A stretch of DNA of 64,000 nucleotides from Octopus sinensis. Lineage: Eukaryota. Made by a program: the position numbers and the translations under genes. The stretch is from contig NC_043001.1 of NCBI RefSeq assembly GCF_006345805.1, forward strand, positions 84,320,001 through 84,384,000, written 5' to 3'. This document shows, one piece after another, positions 1 to 12,000 of the stretch. A model generated the notes under the pieces. That model made no database searches. It saw only the letters and a list, made by a program, of their open reading frames with translations, and was not told the DNA's origin. Position 1 is the stretch's first letter. Each line of letters starts with the position of its first letter.

Positions 1-210
1 ATGTATCTGAATTTAAGTATGTGAAAATTTATGTATAAAGACAATTCTGTTAGTTAATCTGAAATTTTGTTTGTTTGATTTCCAGCTGAACGGTATTGGT
101 TTGCATTTGTGGTAAAAACCATACAACAATCGAAAATACCCGGGTCATTGAGGGAAATTCTTCACATCACAAGTAGGTATCATTGTTGTAACCATTCATT
201 ATAGAGTGAA

Positions 211-390
211 GGCCGGCGATCCGGCAGGATCGTTAGCATTCCAAACAGAACTTAGAGGTATTTTGTCCGTTTTTATGTTTTGAGTTCAAATTTCGCCGAG
301 GTCGACTTTGCCTTTTCATCCTTTCGGAGTTGACTGAAGTAAACGACTTGTTCCGTCTCGCAAAATGTCTGGCCTTGTGCTTATAGTAGA
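211..390 (+). mobile_element. tRNA-derived SINE, family A
   Basis: A-box-like ggcaggatcgttagc, B-box gagttcaaatt, body gaggtcgactttgcctt(t)tcatcctttcgg; many copies in this window. Confidence 0.75.
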
Positions 391-825
391 TAAATATTAC
401 TGATCGAAAAGTTGTTTTGACATGCCAGTCGGTCTGAAAAATAAGAGGTCTTCAAAGAAGCTTCGGCTGTCCTTAGCTGACAAAATGTGCTATTGCAATT
501 ATTCTTTTAAAGATGATTAACCTTGTGGTATATTTAATGTTGTGGAACCCGAACAAGGAAGTGCTGAAAAATATGTTAGTAAAAGAAAGGCGATTACAGG
601 AATACAAGATCAAAGTGAAAAGTGAGACCATATCTAAGCTGACTCACACATAATAAACTCCTACAGGTGAGGGTAAGCAGGGTGATGGTATTCAATAATA
701 CATAAGTAGGGTATATATGTTGTGGTGAATCCGTTTGACGGATCATCTAAAAGAGTATTATAGATCGGCCACATAAGGAAAAACAAGAGTGGCAGGGCGA
801 AGAACAAAAGCAATAATATTTAGTT

Positions 826-1256
826 TAAATTTTGGCAAAAGGTGAACAACTTCGAGGTAGGGAGATCAATTGATTACTTCGACCCCGGTGCTTAACTGAT
901 AATTATTTTATCGATCTCGAGAGGATGAAGAGCAGAGTCGAGCCCGGCAGCATTTGAAGTCAGAACGTAAAGTCGGAAGAAACACTGCTAAGCATATTGC
1001 CCGGCGTGTTGACGATTCTCTTTAACAAGGGAAACAATATTCATTTCTACTAGGGGCACAAGGCCTGAAATTTTGGGTGATGAGTAAGTCGATTACATCG
1101 GTTCAAGTGCTCAACTGGTACTTATTATATCGACCCGGGAAGGATGAAAGGTAAAGTCGACCTCGGCGGAATTTAATCTCAAAAAGCAGAGACGGACGAA
1201 ATGCCGCTAAGCAAATTTTCCGGCGTTGCTAACGATTCTGCTAACTCGCCTACTTA
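826..1256 (-). mobile_element. Two tandem family A SINE copies (826-1020, 1052-1256)
   Basis: Reverse complement of the family A consensus twice (..gatgaa..gtcga..cggc..tt..tca.aa..gctaagca..cggcgt..acgattct). Confidence 0.75.
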
Positions 1257-2468
1257 GCAAGAGCGATAACACTAGCAACAAAGACGTCTTTTATGATTGA
1301 CTATCTGCTCGTATCGCTTCTTGGCCACATCGATTCTCAGACATCTCCATAACAAAATATTTCTTTACATACCAGACAGTGCACCAGTTGTTACTTCTGG
1401 TCTTAAAATAATGCTTAACCGTGTTGGATGGTACGAAAATATTCACCTCCAGCCGACAATGTGTCTACAGCATATCACATTTGCACTAATTATCTTATTA
1501 ATAATTTCAGATTTTCATTTAACTAGTTCCAAAGTTAGATTGGTGATATTGGTTCAGCTGAAGGTCACGTTGAGCATCTGTAGGTTTATGTTTGTTGCAT
1601 GTGTATTGCCTGCGGCATATTTGAAGATGGTGGGAATATGATGCTCTGGAAAAAATGACTGGGTGAAGTGTTTCGTGTTAAAGCACATAACTACGCGTAT
1701 ATATATATATATATATATATATATAACTACGCTTATATATATATATGCACATATACATGTACATACATGAATGCACGTATGCCTACATACATACAAACAT
1801 TCATTCGAGCATCAACATGCATACACATATACTTTCCTTCACATACATACACACTCAAGTGCACATACACAAACATACATACATACATAATACATACATA
1901 CATACATACATACATACATACATACATACATACATACACACACACATACATACATACGTACAAGCGTATTTTCACGTTTTAAGACAAACACAGCTGTTGA
2001 AAAACATCGGCTTCAATGCCTCCAAGAAATGCAATACAAACAATCCCGACGTTGTCATTTGGGACATGAATAGAAATAGTTTACTGATGCAGAGGTCAGC
2101 TTCCCAGCACTGATAACCATTTCTATCAAAATTAGTGAGCAAGTAAACATGTGAGCTCAATTGTCTTGGAACCTACAACTTCTATATCCAGTTTATATAT
2201 ATATATATGTGTACGTATAAAAATAGAATAGAAGTTATTGAATATTTAAGTAATAGTAAGTGAAAGGTGGAAGTTTTAGTAAATGAGTGAAGCCATTTAG
2301 TAATTATATTTATTGTGTTATCTAAATTCCCATGACGGAGCATTGTTTCTATATTAGGAACCGACACCTTTACAAACAAATAAATAGATGAATATACATA
2401 TATGTGTGTGTGTGATTCCGGGCGTGTGATTATGAGCGTGCATATATATGTATATACATTTATATATA

Positions 2469-2503
<35 letters not shown>

Positions 2504-2529
2504 ATATTATATATACATATATATATAAA

Positions 2530-2770
2530 ATCAAGGTGCAGAATTGGGGTATTCCGAATGAACATGGTAATGTAATCCGATGGGGGTCCGTGTGAGCGTG
2601 CGGTAAATAGTAGATCCCCCAATTAAATAAATAAAAGCGGGGAACAAACACAAGAAAACAAAACAACAACGCGAGGACTTGGTGCATGCAAAGTATTAGA
2701 AGACACTCAAGAAAGGAAGAAAAGGTGGTTTACGTTTCGATCAAAGTTCTTCTTCAGAAGCAGGAGACAG
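2530..2770 (-). mobile_element. PLE terminal fragment with a degenerate minimal hammerhead motif
   Basis: Minus strand CTGAAGAagaactttgatcGAAACGTAaacc at 2727-2762; homologous to 28530-28740; sits between (TA)n tracts. Confidence 0.6.
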
Positions 2771-2837
2771 AAGAATATATATATATATGTCTGATCTGGT
2801 AGTGTTTCAACAGCTGGATGCCCTTCCTAACGCCAAG

Positions 2838-2873
<36 letters not shown>

Positions 2874-2882
2874 GCGAGAAAG

Positions 2883-3184
2883 AAGGACAGGTTTTATTAA
2901 AGTTGCAAGATTACAGCATATAAACGAGTCCCTAACTCATCAGCTAAAATACATGTAAGTTCTCTAGACATCCTAGTGTTTGAGGCTATACTCATGAAGT
3001 AATGTAGATAATTAAACAGATTTAAAGAACTTTAATGAACTTTAGAAATCTGTTTAATTATCTACATTACTTCATGAGTATAGCCTCAAACACTAGGATG
3101 TCTAGAGAACTTACATGTATTTTAGCTGATGAGTACGGGACTTATATGCTGTAATCTTTGCAACTTTTAATAAAACCTGTCCTT
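2883..3184. repeat. Long inverted repeat (~140-bp arms, ~22-bp spacer)
   Basis: 2883-3023 is the near-perfect reverse complement of 3046-3184. Confidence 0.95.
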
Positions 3185-3369
3185 GTATGAAACGATCGTA
3201 CTAAAAACCTATCCATTCTTGTTGCTCTTTCTCGCTTATATCACCCCACATTACTGTATTGTTAAATCAGTATAGTTTTTTTTGGTGCATCTAAGTTAGG
3301 TACCATATTCAAGTAAATTCTTTTAAATTAACTTGAATCTTTATTGCTCTTGGTATATATATATATATA

Positions 3370-4060
3370 TTAGGATTATATGCTTATATAAATGGGACCA
3401 TGCTGGGATACCGCCAGTCTTATCAGCGTTGCAATGGCCATTCTATTGTGATTGGCTTTTGGTGAAGGAGAAAGTATTGCTGTTTCCTTTTGGGTTTCTT
3501 GCAATGATGTAGGATCATGTTCGACAGCTGAACGTCAAGTTGTTTCTTGTAACCATCTAACCTCCCTCTATGTAGATACCTCACATTTTTGACAAGCTGT
3601 AGGCCTTTGAATCACAGGCTTGTACTGTATCTGGTGCTGTGTTTAGATAGGATAGGTGAGACTATTTGGGGGTTGGTATCGCATCCCACACCAAAGGTTA
3701 GCGCCACCTCCTCTAGAATCTTCCACGTGTATACCACTACCTATCTGTCCTGGCTTTGCTCCAGAGAGTAGAGTAATAATTCTTTCAGTATTTCCTTGTA
3801 CCTTAGCCATTCCATTGATTCAGTCCTCTTGGCATAATTCTGCTGAACTGCTTCAAGTTCTGCTTTTAATGTGACACTGTGGTGTGACCATAGTGGAGAG
3901 CTGCAGTCCGGTCGGCTGAGAACAAATGCCCTCCACAGAAACAGCTTAGTTTTCTGGTCTTTTGTTTTGAAAGGCATTTGCCCGTTTCCACCGTTTTGAT
4001 ATGTTCATGAAACAAGGCGTCGTTGATCATATTAGTTTCCAGGTCCCGCATTATGTTTGT
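3370..4060 (-). mobile_element. Degraded CR1-clade LINE ORF2 3' fragment
   Basis: RDLE..M.NDALFHEHI..RTFKT(K)D..LWRAFVLSRPD-CSSPLWSHH..ELEAVQ..Y.E.LKEL.LYSLE, a typical CR1/L2 RT C-terminus, with frameshifts. Confidence 0.8.
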
Positions 4061-4290
4061 CTGATCCTCTATATATAATAAAACAAATTAGCCAATGCAG
4101 CAAAGTCTATTTGTACGTTAATAATTTTGTATTTTTTTTTAATTCTACAATATTTCATATATAATACAATTACTTTCTGGCTTTCCTCAATCTATAGGTT
4201 TATGTGGTAGAAGTATTAACCAGGAGACATGCTTCATAATTGACATAAGTGTCAATTATGACACACAACTGTCGAATAATACTAAAACTA

Positions 4291-5546
4291 CGAGGGACGT
4301 TCAATAAGTAATGCCCCTGACCCACTTCCCATAGCAGTAGAGCAACGGAACTTGGCACAGTTATTGGTCTTTTTCTACATAGGAAACACTCAGAGTTACG
4401 CATTTCTCCCATCGTTTGATCCAGCGCTGGAGACCGTTTTTGTAAAAGACCCCAGCTTGGTCCCCCATCCACGACGTGACTTTAGAAATCAAGGCTGCAT
4501 CATCTGGGAAATGTTTTCCTTTCAAAAACAACTTCATGGCTGGGAAGAGGTGAAAATCAGAGGGTGCAAAGTCAGGAGAGTAGGGGGTGGGGGAGGAGTT
4601 AATAGCCGCACGCCTGTGCTTCTGATCTGGCGACACGCGATTTGTGGACCGGAGCGTTGTCCTGCAGGAGGAGGATGCCTTCGCTGATCTTGCTCCGCCT
4701 CTTGATTTTGATAGCTTCTCTTAATTTCCTCAAAAGTGAAGCATAATAGGCTCCTGTAATTGTGGTACCCTTTGCCAGGAAATCTGTCATCACAACTCCG
4801 TCCTGGTCCCAGAAGACTGTGAGCATGACCTTGCCTTCTTTGGAGGAGGTGAGTCACGGTGCTTCCACTGCATTGACTGGGCTTTGGTCTCTGGATTATA
4901 GTGATGGACCCAGGTTTCATCCTGTGTAATCAGTCTTTTTGAAAAAGTTTGACTCATCTTCTTGGTACGTCTCCAAATTCATCCTCGAGCACTCGACGCG
5001 TTCTTGCTTCTGGAAAGGTGTGAGCAACCTGGGAATCCATCTGGCAGTCACCTTTTGCATATGCAAATGGTCGTGAATGATAGTTTCCACTGACCCGGTA
5101 CTAATCTTGACCTTATGGGCTATCTGGCGAATAGTTATGCGTCGATCTTCCAAAATGGCAGCCTCAACTTGACGGACAGATGCCTCATCAATGGCAGAAG
5201 GGGGTCGACCAGATCTGGGAGCTGTTTCCACAGAGTTCCGACCATGTTTGAATTCACGATGCCAGCGTTTTACAAGGTCATATGATGGGGCATCATCACC
5301 ATAAGTTACTTTCATTTTATCAAAAGTCTCCCATGGTGTGTGTCCTTTGAAATACAAAAACCGGATCACTGCTCGACACTCAACAGGCTCCATTTCACAC
5401 TTGACTCAGTTCAAACACCTGTAAATCTGAAACCATAATTAGTTCAGAGCTAATCTATAGAGATATAAGTAATTGCACATGCAAAATTTCAACTAGATCA
5501 AACACCTGGAAGTGGGTCAGAGGCATTACTTATTGAACGTCCCTCG
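4291..5546 (-). mobile_element. Full-length mariner (DD34D) DNA transposon, inactivated
   Basis: 39-bp TIRs (CGAGGGACGTTCAATAAGTAATGCC[C/T]CTGACCCACTTCC, one mismatch) at 4291 and 5546, each flanked by TA. Length 1256 bp. Confidence 0.96.
4361..5393 (-). pseudogene. Mariner transposase pseudogene
   Basis: N-terminal HTH region (MEPVECRAVIRFLY..WHREFKHG), WIPRLL linker, QDETW, QDNAPVH and YSPDFAPSD motifs with 34 residues between the last two Asp after repair. Broken by frameshifts, a short deletion and a TAA. Confidence 0.93.
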
Positions 5547-5669
5547 TACATAAAACTGAAGATTGCGGAATACATGAATGTAAACTTGGTTTTGTAATTT
5601 ACAATATTGTAGTTATAAAAATACAAAAATAAACATAAAAATCAGGGTGTCTTGGAATTTCATTGACTA

Positions 5670-5670
5670 C

Positions 5671-5702
<32 letters not shown>

Positions 5703-5748
5703 TGTATGTATGTATGTATGTATGTATGTATGTATGTATGTATATATG

Positions 5749-5779
<31 letters not shown>

Positions 5780-5974
5780 TATATATATATATAATGTATA
5801 TGTATGTATATATATGTATATGTATATATATATATACATATATATATATAGTTATATATGTATATATGTACACACACACACACATATATATATATTTATA
5901 TATATATATGTACATATATATATATATATGTGTGTATACATAATATATGAATATATATGCATACATATTTACAC

Positions 5975-6005
<31 letters not shown>
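5670..6005. repeat. Compound microsatellite (ATGT)n/(TA)n/(CA)n
   Basis: Directly visible; representative of dozens of such tracts in the window. Confidence 0.95.
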
Positions 6006-6565
6006 AACCTGCAGTTAATTTTTATATAAATAATAATGAAAATATATGCACGAACTACACTAATACTTTGGTGATTTTTTGTACATCCACTGATACACGT
6101 GTTACCTAAGCTATTTTTCCTTTCTAGCTATACTGTACATCAGTTACAGAATACAGTAGCATATAAAAGTCTAGTAGGTCAGAGATTGTACACTATAGCC
6201 TTGTTTATTGAGAGATAACGTAAAGAGGTCTTTAAGCATCCCGGAGATGTTTTTCTCATAAACTTATGCTTTTGACCGATAAATACATCTCAAATAACAA
6301 CAGAGGTTTCAAAGGCGTCCATCGATGGCAGGCCATCTGCTATATGTGTGTGTATACAGACAGACAGATACACACACACGCACATGCATATGTATGTATA
6401 TAGAATATATATGAATTATGTACATATATAAATATATATATATGTATATATATAGATATAGGCACACATTCACATGCGCATACATAAAGACAGGCATACA
6501 GACACACACACGCACACACACAAATATATATATATATATATATATGTGTTTGTGTGTGTGTGTGC

Positions 6566-6604
<39 letters not shown>

Positions 6605-7160
6605 GAGAGAGAGAGAGATAGAGTGATGAAGAGAGAGAGAGATGGTAAGAGGAGGGACAAGCAGATAGAGTGTTATATATAGTGAGATATGCATATATAT
6701 TTAAACTGGAACAGTGAATGTAAGAGAAAGAGAGAGGTGGAGAGAAAGAGGGAGAGAGAGATAGTGAGCGGTGTTCGTATAATTGCTTAAATCAACGCAG
6801 CAATGCGGGAAGGCCAAAGTTTATCAAAGACATTCTAGAAAGCTTCATGTATTCCTTTGACTCTTACAATGACGTCACTGGCTACATTTATATTGGACCA
6901 AACGTAAAAGGATAATGGCGTCATGAGTGAGCGCAAGTTGAAGAAATGGTCGACAGCGTAGTTGAATAATTGCTGGAAATTTAAGAATTAATTCTTATAA
7001 TTTTACGCCTACGATATCTCGCCATATAATGTATTCTTTCTCCTTTAAATTCCATGTTGTTTTAGACGAAGAATTTATATCTCCTTCCAGATTCCTCTTC
7101 AAGAACTAAGATCGCCTAGAAGTGGCTGAAACAGAACACTGACAAATGTGAATCGAGTTG

Positions 7161-7212
<52 letters not shown>

Positions 7213-7355
7213 CCAGGCACAGACACTGAAACTCACATATTGTTTGCATGATATTTTCACTTCAAAGTCTCCCAAGTACATTGTTACACGAAGTAATGAT
7301 GATAATGCTTATGATGACAGTGATGATGATGATGGTGATGACAATAATGATGGTG

Positions 7356-7407
<52 letters not shown>

Positions 7408-9001
7408 TATCGTGTGATATTAAATTTGTATGGCTTTTTTCTTTACCATCACTTTATTAAATCGTTTTCAAATTATTTTTTCAAAGTGCTTGTAAAAAAA
7501 TAATTTATTTGACTTCTCTCCTTGTAAAAGACCAGGGTTTTGGATTCTTTTAAGCTAAATCTCTGGAAATATTATGCATTATTTCTCTTTAAATAGCTTT
7601 CTTTCGGCCTTTTATTTCTTTCATAATATGAATAAATAATTACAGTTGAGAGTTGTCTTCTGTCTTATCCGATCTTTAAAATTTTTGAACAAAACCAGGT
7701 ATTTTTTTAGATGTGATTAAGTCGATTGAATCTACCTAATATATTAACTGCTTTAGTTTTGTATATTTTAAACATGTTGAGATAAGGATCCTTATGTAGC
7801 CATTCATAGATTATAGTTTTTTCAGGTGTGACTTTATTTATGCGCGATTAGATGTGGCAGATAATTTTACGTTTAAAAGATTTGGAAAAAAATCATTTGA
7901 AGTAATGCAAGAGAGAATTTAAGTACAAAATGAAAGCAAAGCGAAAACATATTGTATTACGTTACATAGGTTGTATAATGATTCTATATTTCGTGAAATA
8001 TTCATTTTTACAAATAAAAGTAACAATAATGAAAGACTTCGGTGGAATTTGTTATTAACGGAGGCCGTGTTAATCTACTGTGATTCTTCAGAAGAATTTC
8101 CAACGTTTTACGCAAAAGAGGTGCATATAGCCAATGAGGTGAATCCGATATGTCATTATTGCTGTTTGAAAACTATATGAAGCTGTAGCTTTATTATGAG
8201 TTCTGCAGTTACAAATCTCAGAGAAATTATCCAAATTCGACAGAATTGTGGCGTTTTGATTTAGCTGGATCTCATTTCAGCCATAGTTTTACATATTAAT
8301 GGATATCTCGGTTAAATAATTTGCTGCTATATGTGTAGTCATATGCGCACGAAGAAAATTGTACGACACATCTTACAACATATAAATCTATTATTTAGTA
8401 AAATAAACAAAAATCATCTGTTTTACGTGAAGCTTTGTTGTTTCTGTAAACAAATAGGATATAAAAATAAGTTTCTTTACGAAGCGAAAAGGAGAAAATA
8501 AATGTTTTCAGTTTAATTTTTTTAAAGTTTTGCTTTTCATATTAATAGTCGTAATCAACTCATTGTAAGACAATAAAAATGTTTCTAGATGACCACTTTG
8601 TCTCCTAGAAATAGCAACCAAATTTTCCTTGAGTCTTACTTTAGCCTCTTGACAAACTGGAGAAGCTACATTAATAGATAATATACTCCGATAAACACTA
8701 AGCCTGTAACGAGAATTTCGTTGATAGAAACATCTTTGATCATATACCTGTGGGATCAGTAATAACGAGGGTTATATAGCACCAACCATACACATTTCAC
8801 TAACATATCGTTGTTGGCTACGTAAATAAAATGAACCTATATTGGAATCAGCCCTATTCCTAGTTAAGTTACTTCGCAAGAAAACAATTACACAAGCAAG
8901 CAAAATTTGATGAACGCAATAGGAATATTGCTGATTGTAATTTTATCCCTGTTATATGTGAGCACCTCATCCTCGTCGTTACTGTTATATCGCAATACTA
9001 C

Positions 9002-12000
9002 ACAGTGGCGACGGGGATTTCGTAGCTCACACAGCCACTGTGTATTTTTGCGATATAACAGTGGTGACGAGGATTTCGTAGCACACACAGCCACTGTGTA
9101 TTTTTGCGATATAACAGTGGCAACGAGGATTTCGTGGCACACACAGCCACTGTGTAGTATTGCGATATAACAGTGGCAACGAGGATTTCGTGGCACACAC
9201 AGCCACTGTGTAGTATTGCAATATAACAGTGGCAACGAGGATTTCGTGGCACACACAGCCACTGTGTAGTATTGCGATATAACAGTGGCAACGAGGATTT
9301 CGTGGCACACACAGCCACTGTGTAGTATTGCAATATAACAGTGGCAACGAGGATTTCGTGGCACACACAGCCACTGTGTAGTATGCGCTATATAACAGTG
9401 GCAACGAGGATTTCGTAGCACACACAGCCACTTTGTAGTATTGCAATATAACAGTGGCAACGAATTTTTCGTAGCACACACAGCCACTGTGTAGTATTGC
9501 GATATAACAGTGGCAACGAGGATTTCGTGGCACACACAGCCACTGTGTAGTATTGCAATATAACAGTGGCAACGAGGATTTCGTGGCACACACAGCCACT
9601 GTGTAGTATTGCGATATAACAGTGGCAACGAGGATTTCGTGGCACACACAGCCACTGTGTATTTTTGCGATATAACAGTGGCAACGAGGATTTCGTAGCA
9701 CACACAGCCACTGTGTAGTATTGCGATATAACAGTGGCAACGAGGATTTCGTAGCACACACAGCCACTGTGTAGTATTGTGTTATAACAGTGGCAACGAG
9801 GATTTCGTAGCACACACAGCCACTGTGTAGTATTGCGATATAACAGTGGCAACGAGGATTTCGTAGCACACACAGCCACTGTGTAGTATTGCGATATAAC
9901 AGTGGCAACGAGGATTTCGTAGCACACACAGCCACTGTGTAGTATTGTGTTATAACAGTGGCAACGAGGTTTTCGTAGCACACACAGCCACTGTGTAGTA
10001 TTGCGATATAACAGTGGCAACGAGGATTTCGTAGCACACACAGCCACTGTGTAGCATTGTGATATAACAGTGGCAACGAGGATTTCGTAGCACACACAGC
10101 CACTGTGTAGTATTGTGTTATAACAGTGGCAACGAGGATTTCGTGGCACACACAGCCACTGTGTAGTATTGTGTTATAACAGTGGCAACGAGGATTTCGT
10201 AGCACACACAGCCACTGTGTAGTATTGTGATATAACAGTGGCAACGAGGATTTCGTAGCACACACAGCCACTGTGTAGTATTGCGATATAACAGTGGCAA
10301 CGAGGATTTCGTAGCACACACAGCCACTGTGTAGTATTGCGATATAACAGTGGCAACGAGGATTTCGCAGCACACACAGCCACTGTGTAGCATTGTGATA
10401 TAACAGTGGCGACGAGGATTTCGTAGCACACACAGCCACTGTGTAGCATTGTGATATAACAGTGGCAACGAGGATTTCGTAGCACACACAGCCACTGTGT
10501 AGTATTGCGATATAACAGTGGTGACGAGGATTTCGTAGCACACACAGCCACTGTGTAGTATTGCGATATAACAGTGGTGACCAGGATTTCGTAGCACACA
10601 CAGCCACTGTGTAGCATTGTGTTATAACAGAGGCAACGAGGATTTCGTGGCACACACAGCCACTGTGTAGTATTGTGTTATAACAGTGGCAACGAGGATT
10701 TCGTAGCACACACAGCCACTGTGTAGTATTGTGATATAACAGTGGCGACGAGGATTTCGTAGCACACACAGCCACTGTGTAGCATTGTGATATAACAGTG
10801 GCAACGAGGATTTCGTAGCACACACAGCCACTGTGTAGCATTGTGATATAACAGTGGCAACGAGGATTTCGTAGCACACACAGCCACTGTGTAGTATTGT
10901 GATATAACAGTGGCAACGAGGATTTCGTAGCACACACAGCCACTGTGTAGTATTGTGTTATAACAGTGGCAACGAGGATTTCGTAGCACACACAGCCACT
11001 GTGTAGTATTGTGATATAACAGTGGCAACGAGGATTTCGTAGCACACACAGCCACTGTGTAGTATTGTGATATAACAGTGGCAACGAGGATTTCGTAGCA
11101 CACACAGCCACTGTGTAGTATTGTGATATAACAGTGGCAACGAGGATTTCGTATCACACACAGCCACTGTGTAGTATTGTGATATAACAGTGGCAACGAG
11201 GATTTCGTAGCACACACAGCCACTGTGTAGTATTGTGATATAACAGTGGCGACGAAGATTTCGTAGCACACACAGCCACTGTGTAGTATTGTGATATAAC
11301 AGTGGCAACGAGGATTTCGTAGCACACACAGCCACTGTGTAGTATTGTGATATAACAGTGGCGACGAGGATTTCATAGCACACACAGCCACTGTGTAGCA
11401 TTGTGATATAACAGTGGCAACGAGGATTTCGTAGCACACACAGCCACTGTGTAGTATTGTGATATAACAGTGGCAACGAGGATTTCGTAGCACACACAGC
11501 CACTGTGTAGTATGGTGATATAACAGTGGCAACGAGGATTTCGTAGCACACACAGCCACTGTGTAGTATTGTGATATAACAGTGGCAACGAGGATTTCGT
11601 ATCACACACAGCCACTGTGTGTAGTATGTATATAACAGTGGCAACGAGGATTTCGTATCACACACAGCCACTGTGTAGTATTGCGATATAACAGTGGCGA
11701 CGAGGATTTCGTAGCACACACAGCCACTGTGTAGTATTGCGATATAACAGTGGCGACGAGGATTTCGTATCACACACAGCCACTGTGTAGTATTGTGATA
11801 TAACAGTGGCAACGAGGATTTCGTATCACACACAGCCACTGTGTAGCATTGTGATATAACAGTGGCAACGAGGATTTCGTAGCACACACAGCCACTGTGT
11901 AGTATTGTGATATAACAGTGGCAACGAATTTTTCGTATCACACACAGCCACTGTGTAGTATTGTGATATAACAGTGGCAACGAGGATTTCGTAGCACACA

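Noticed and set aside
1297-1641. 114-aa ORF as a host gene
   Set aside because: No recognisable domain or clear splice sites; it lies between SINEs and a microsatellite.
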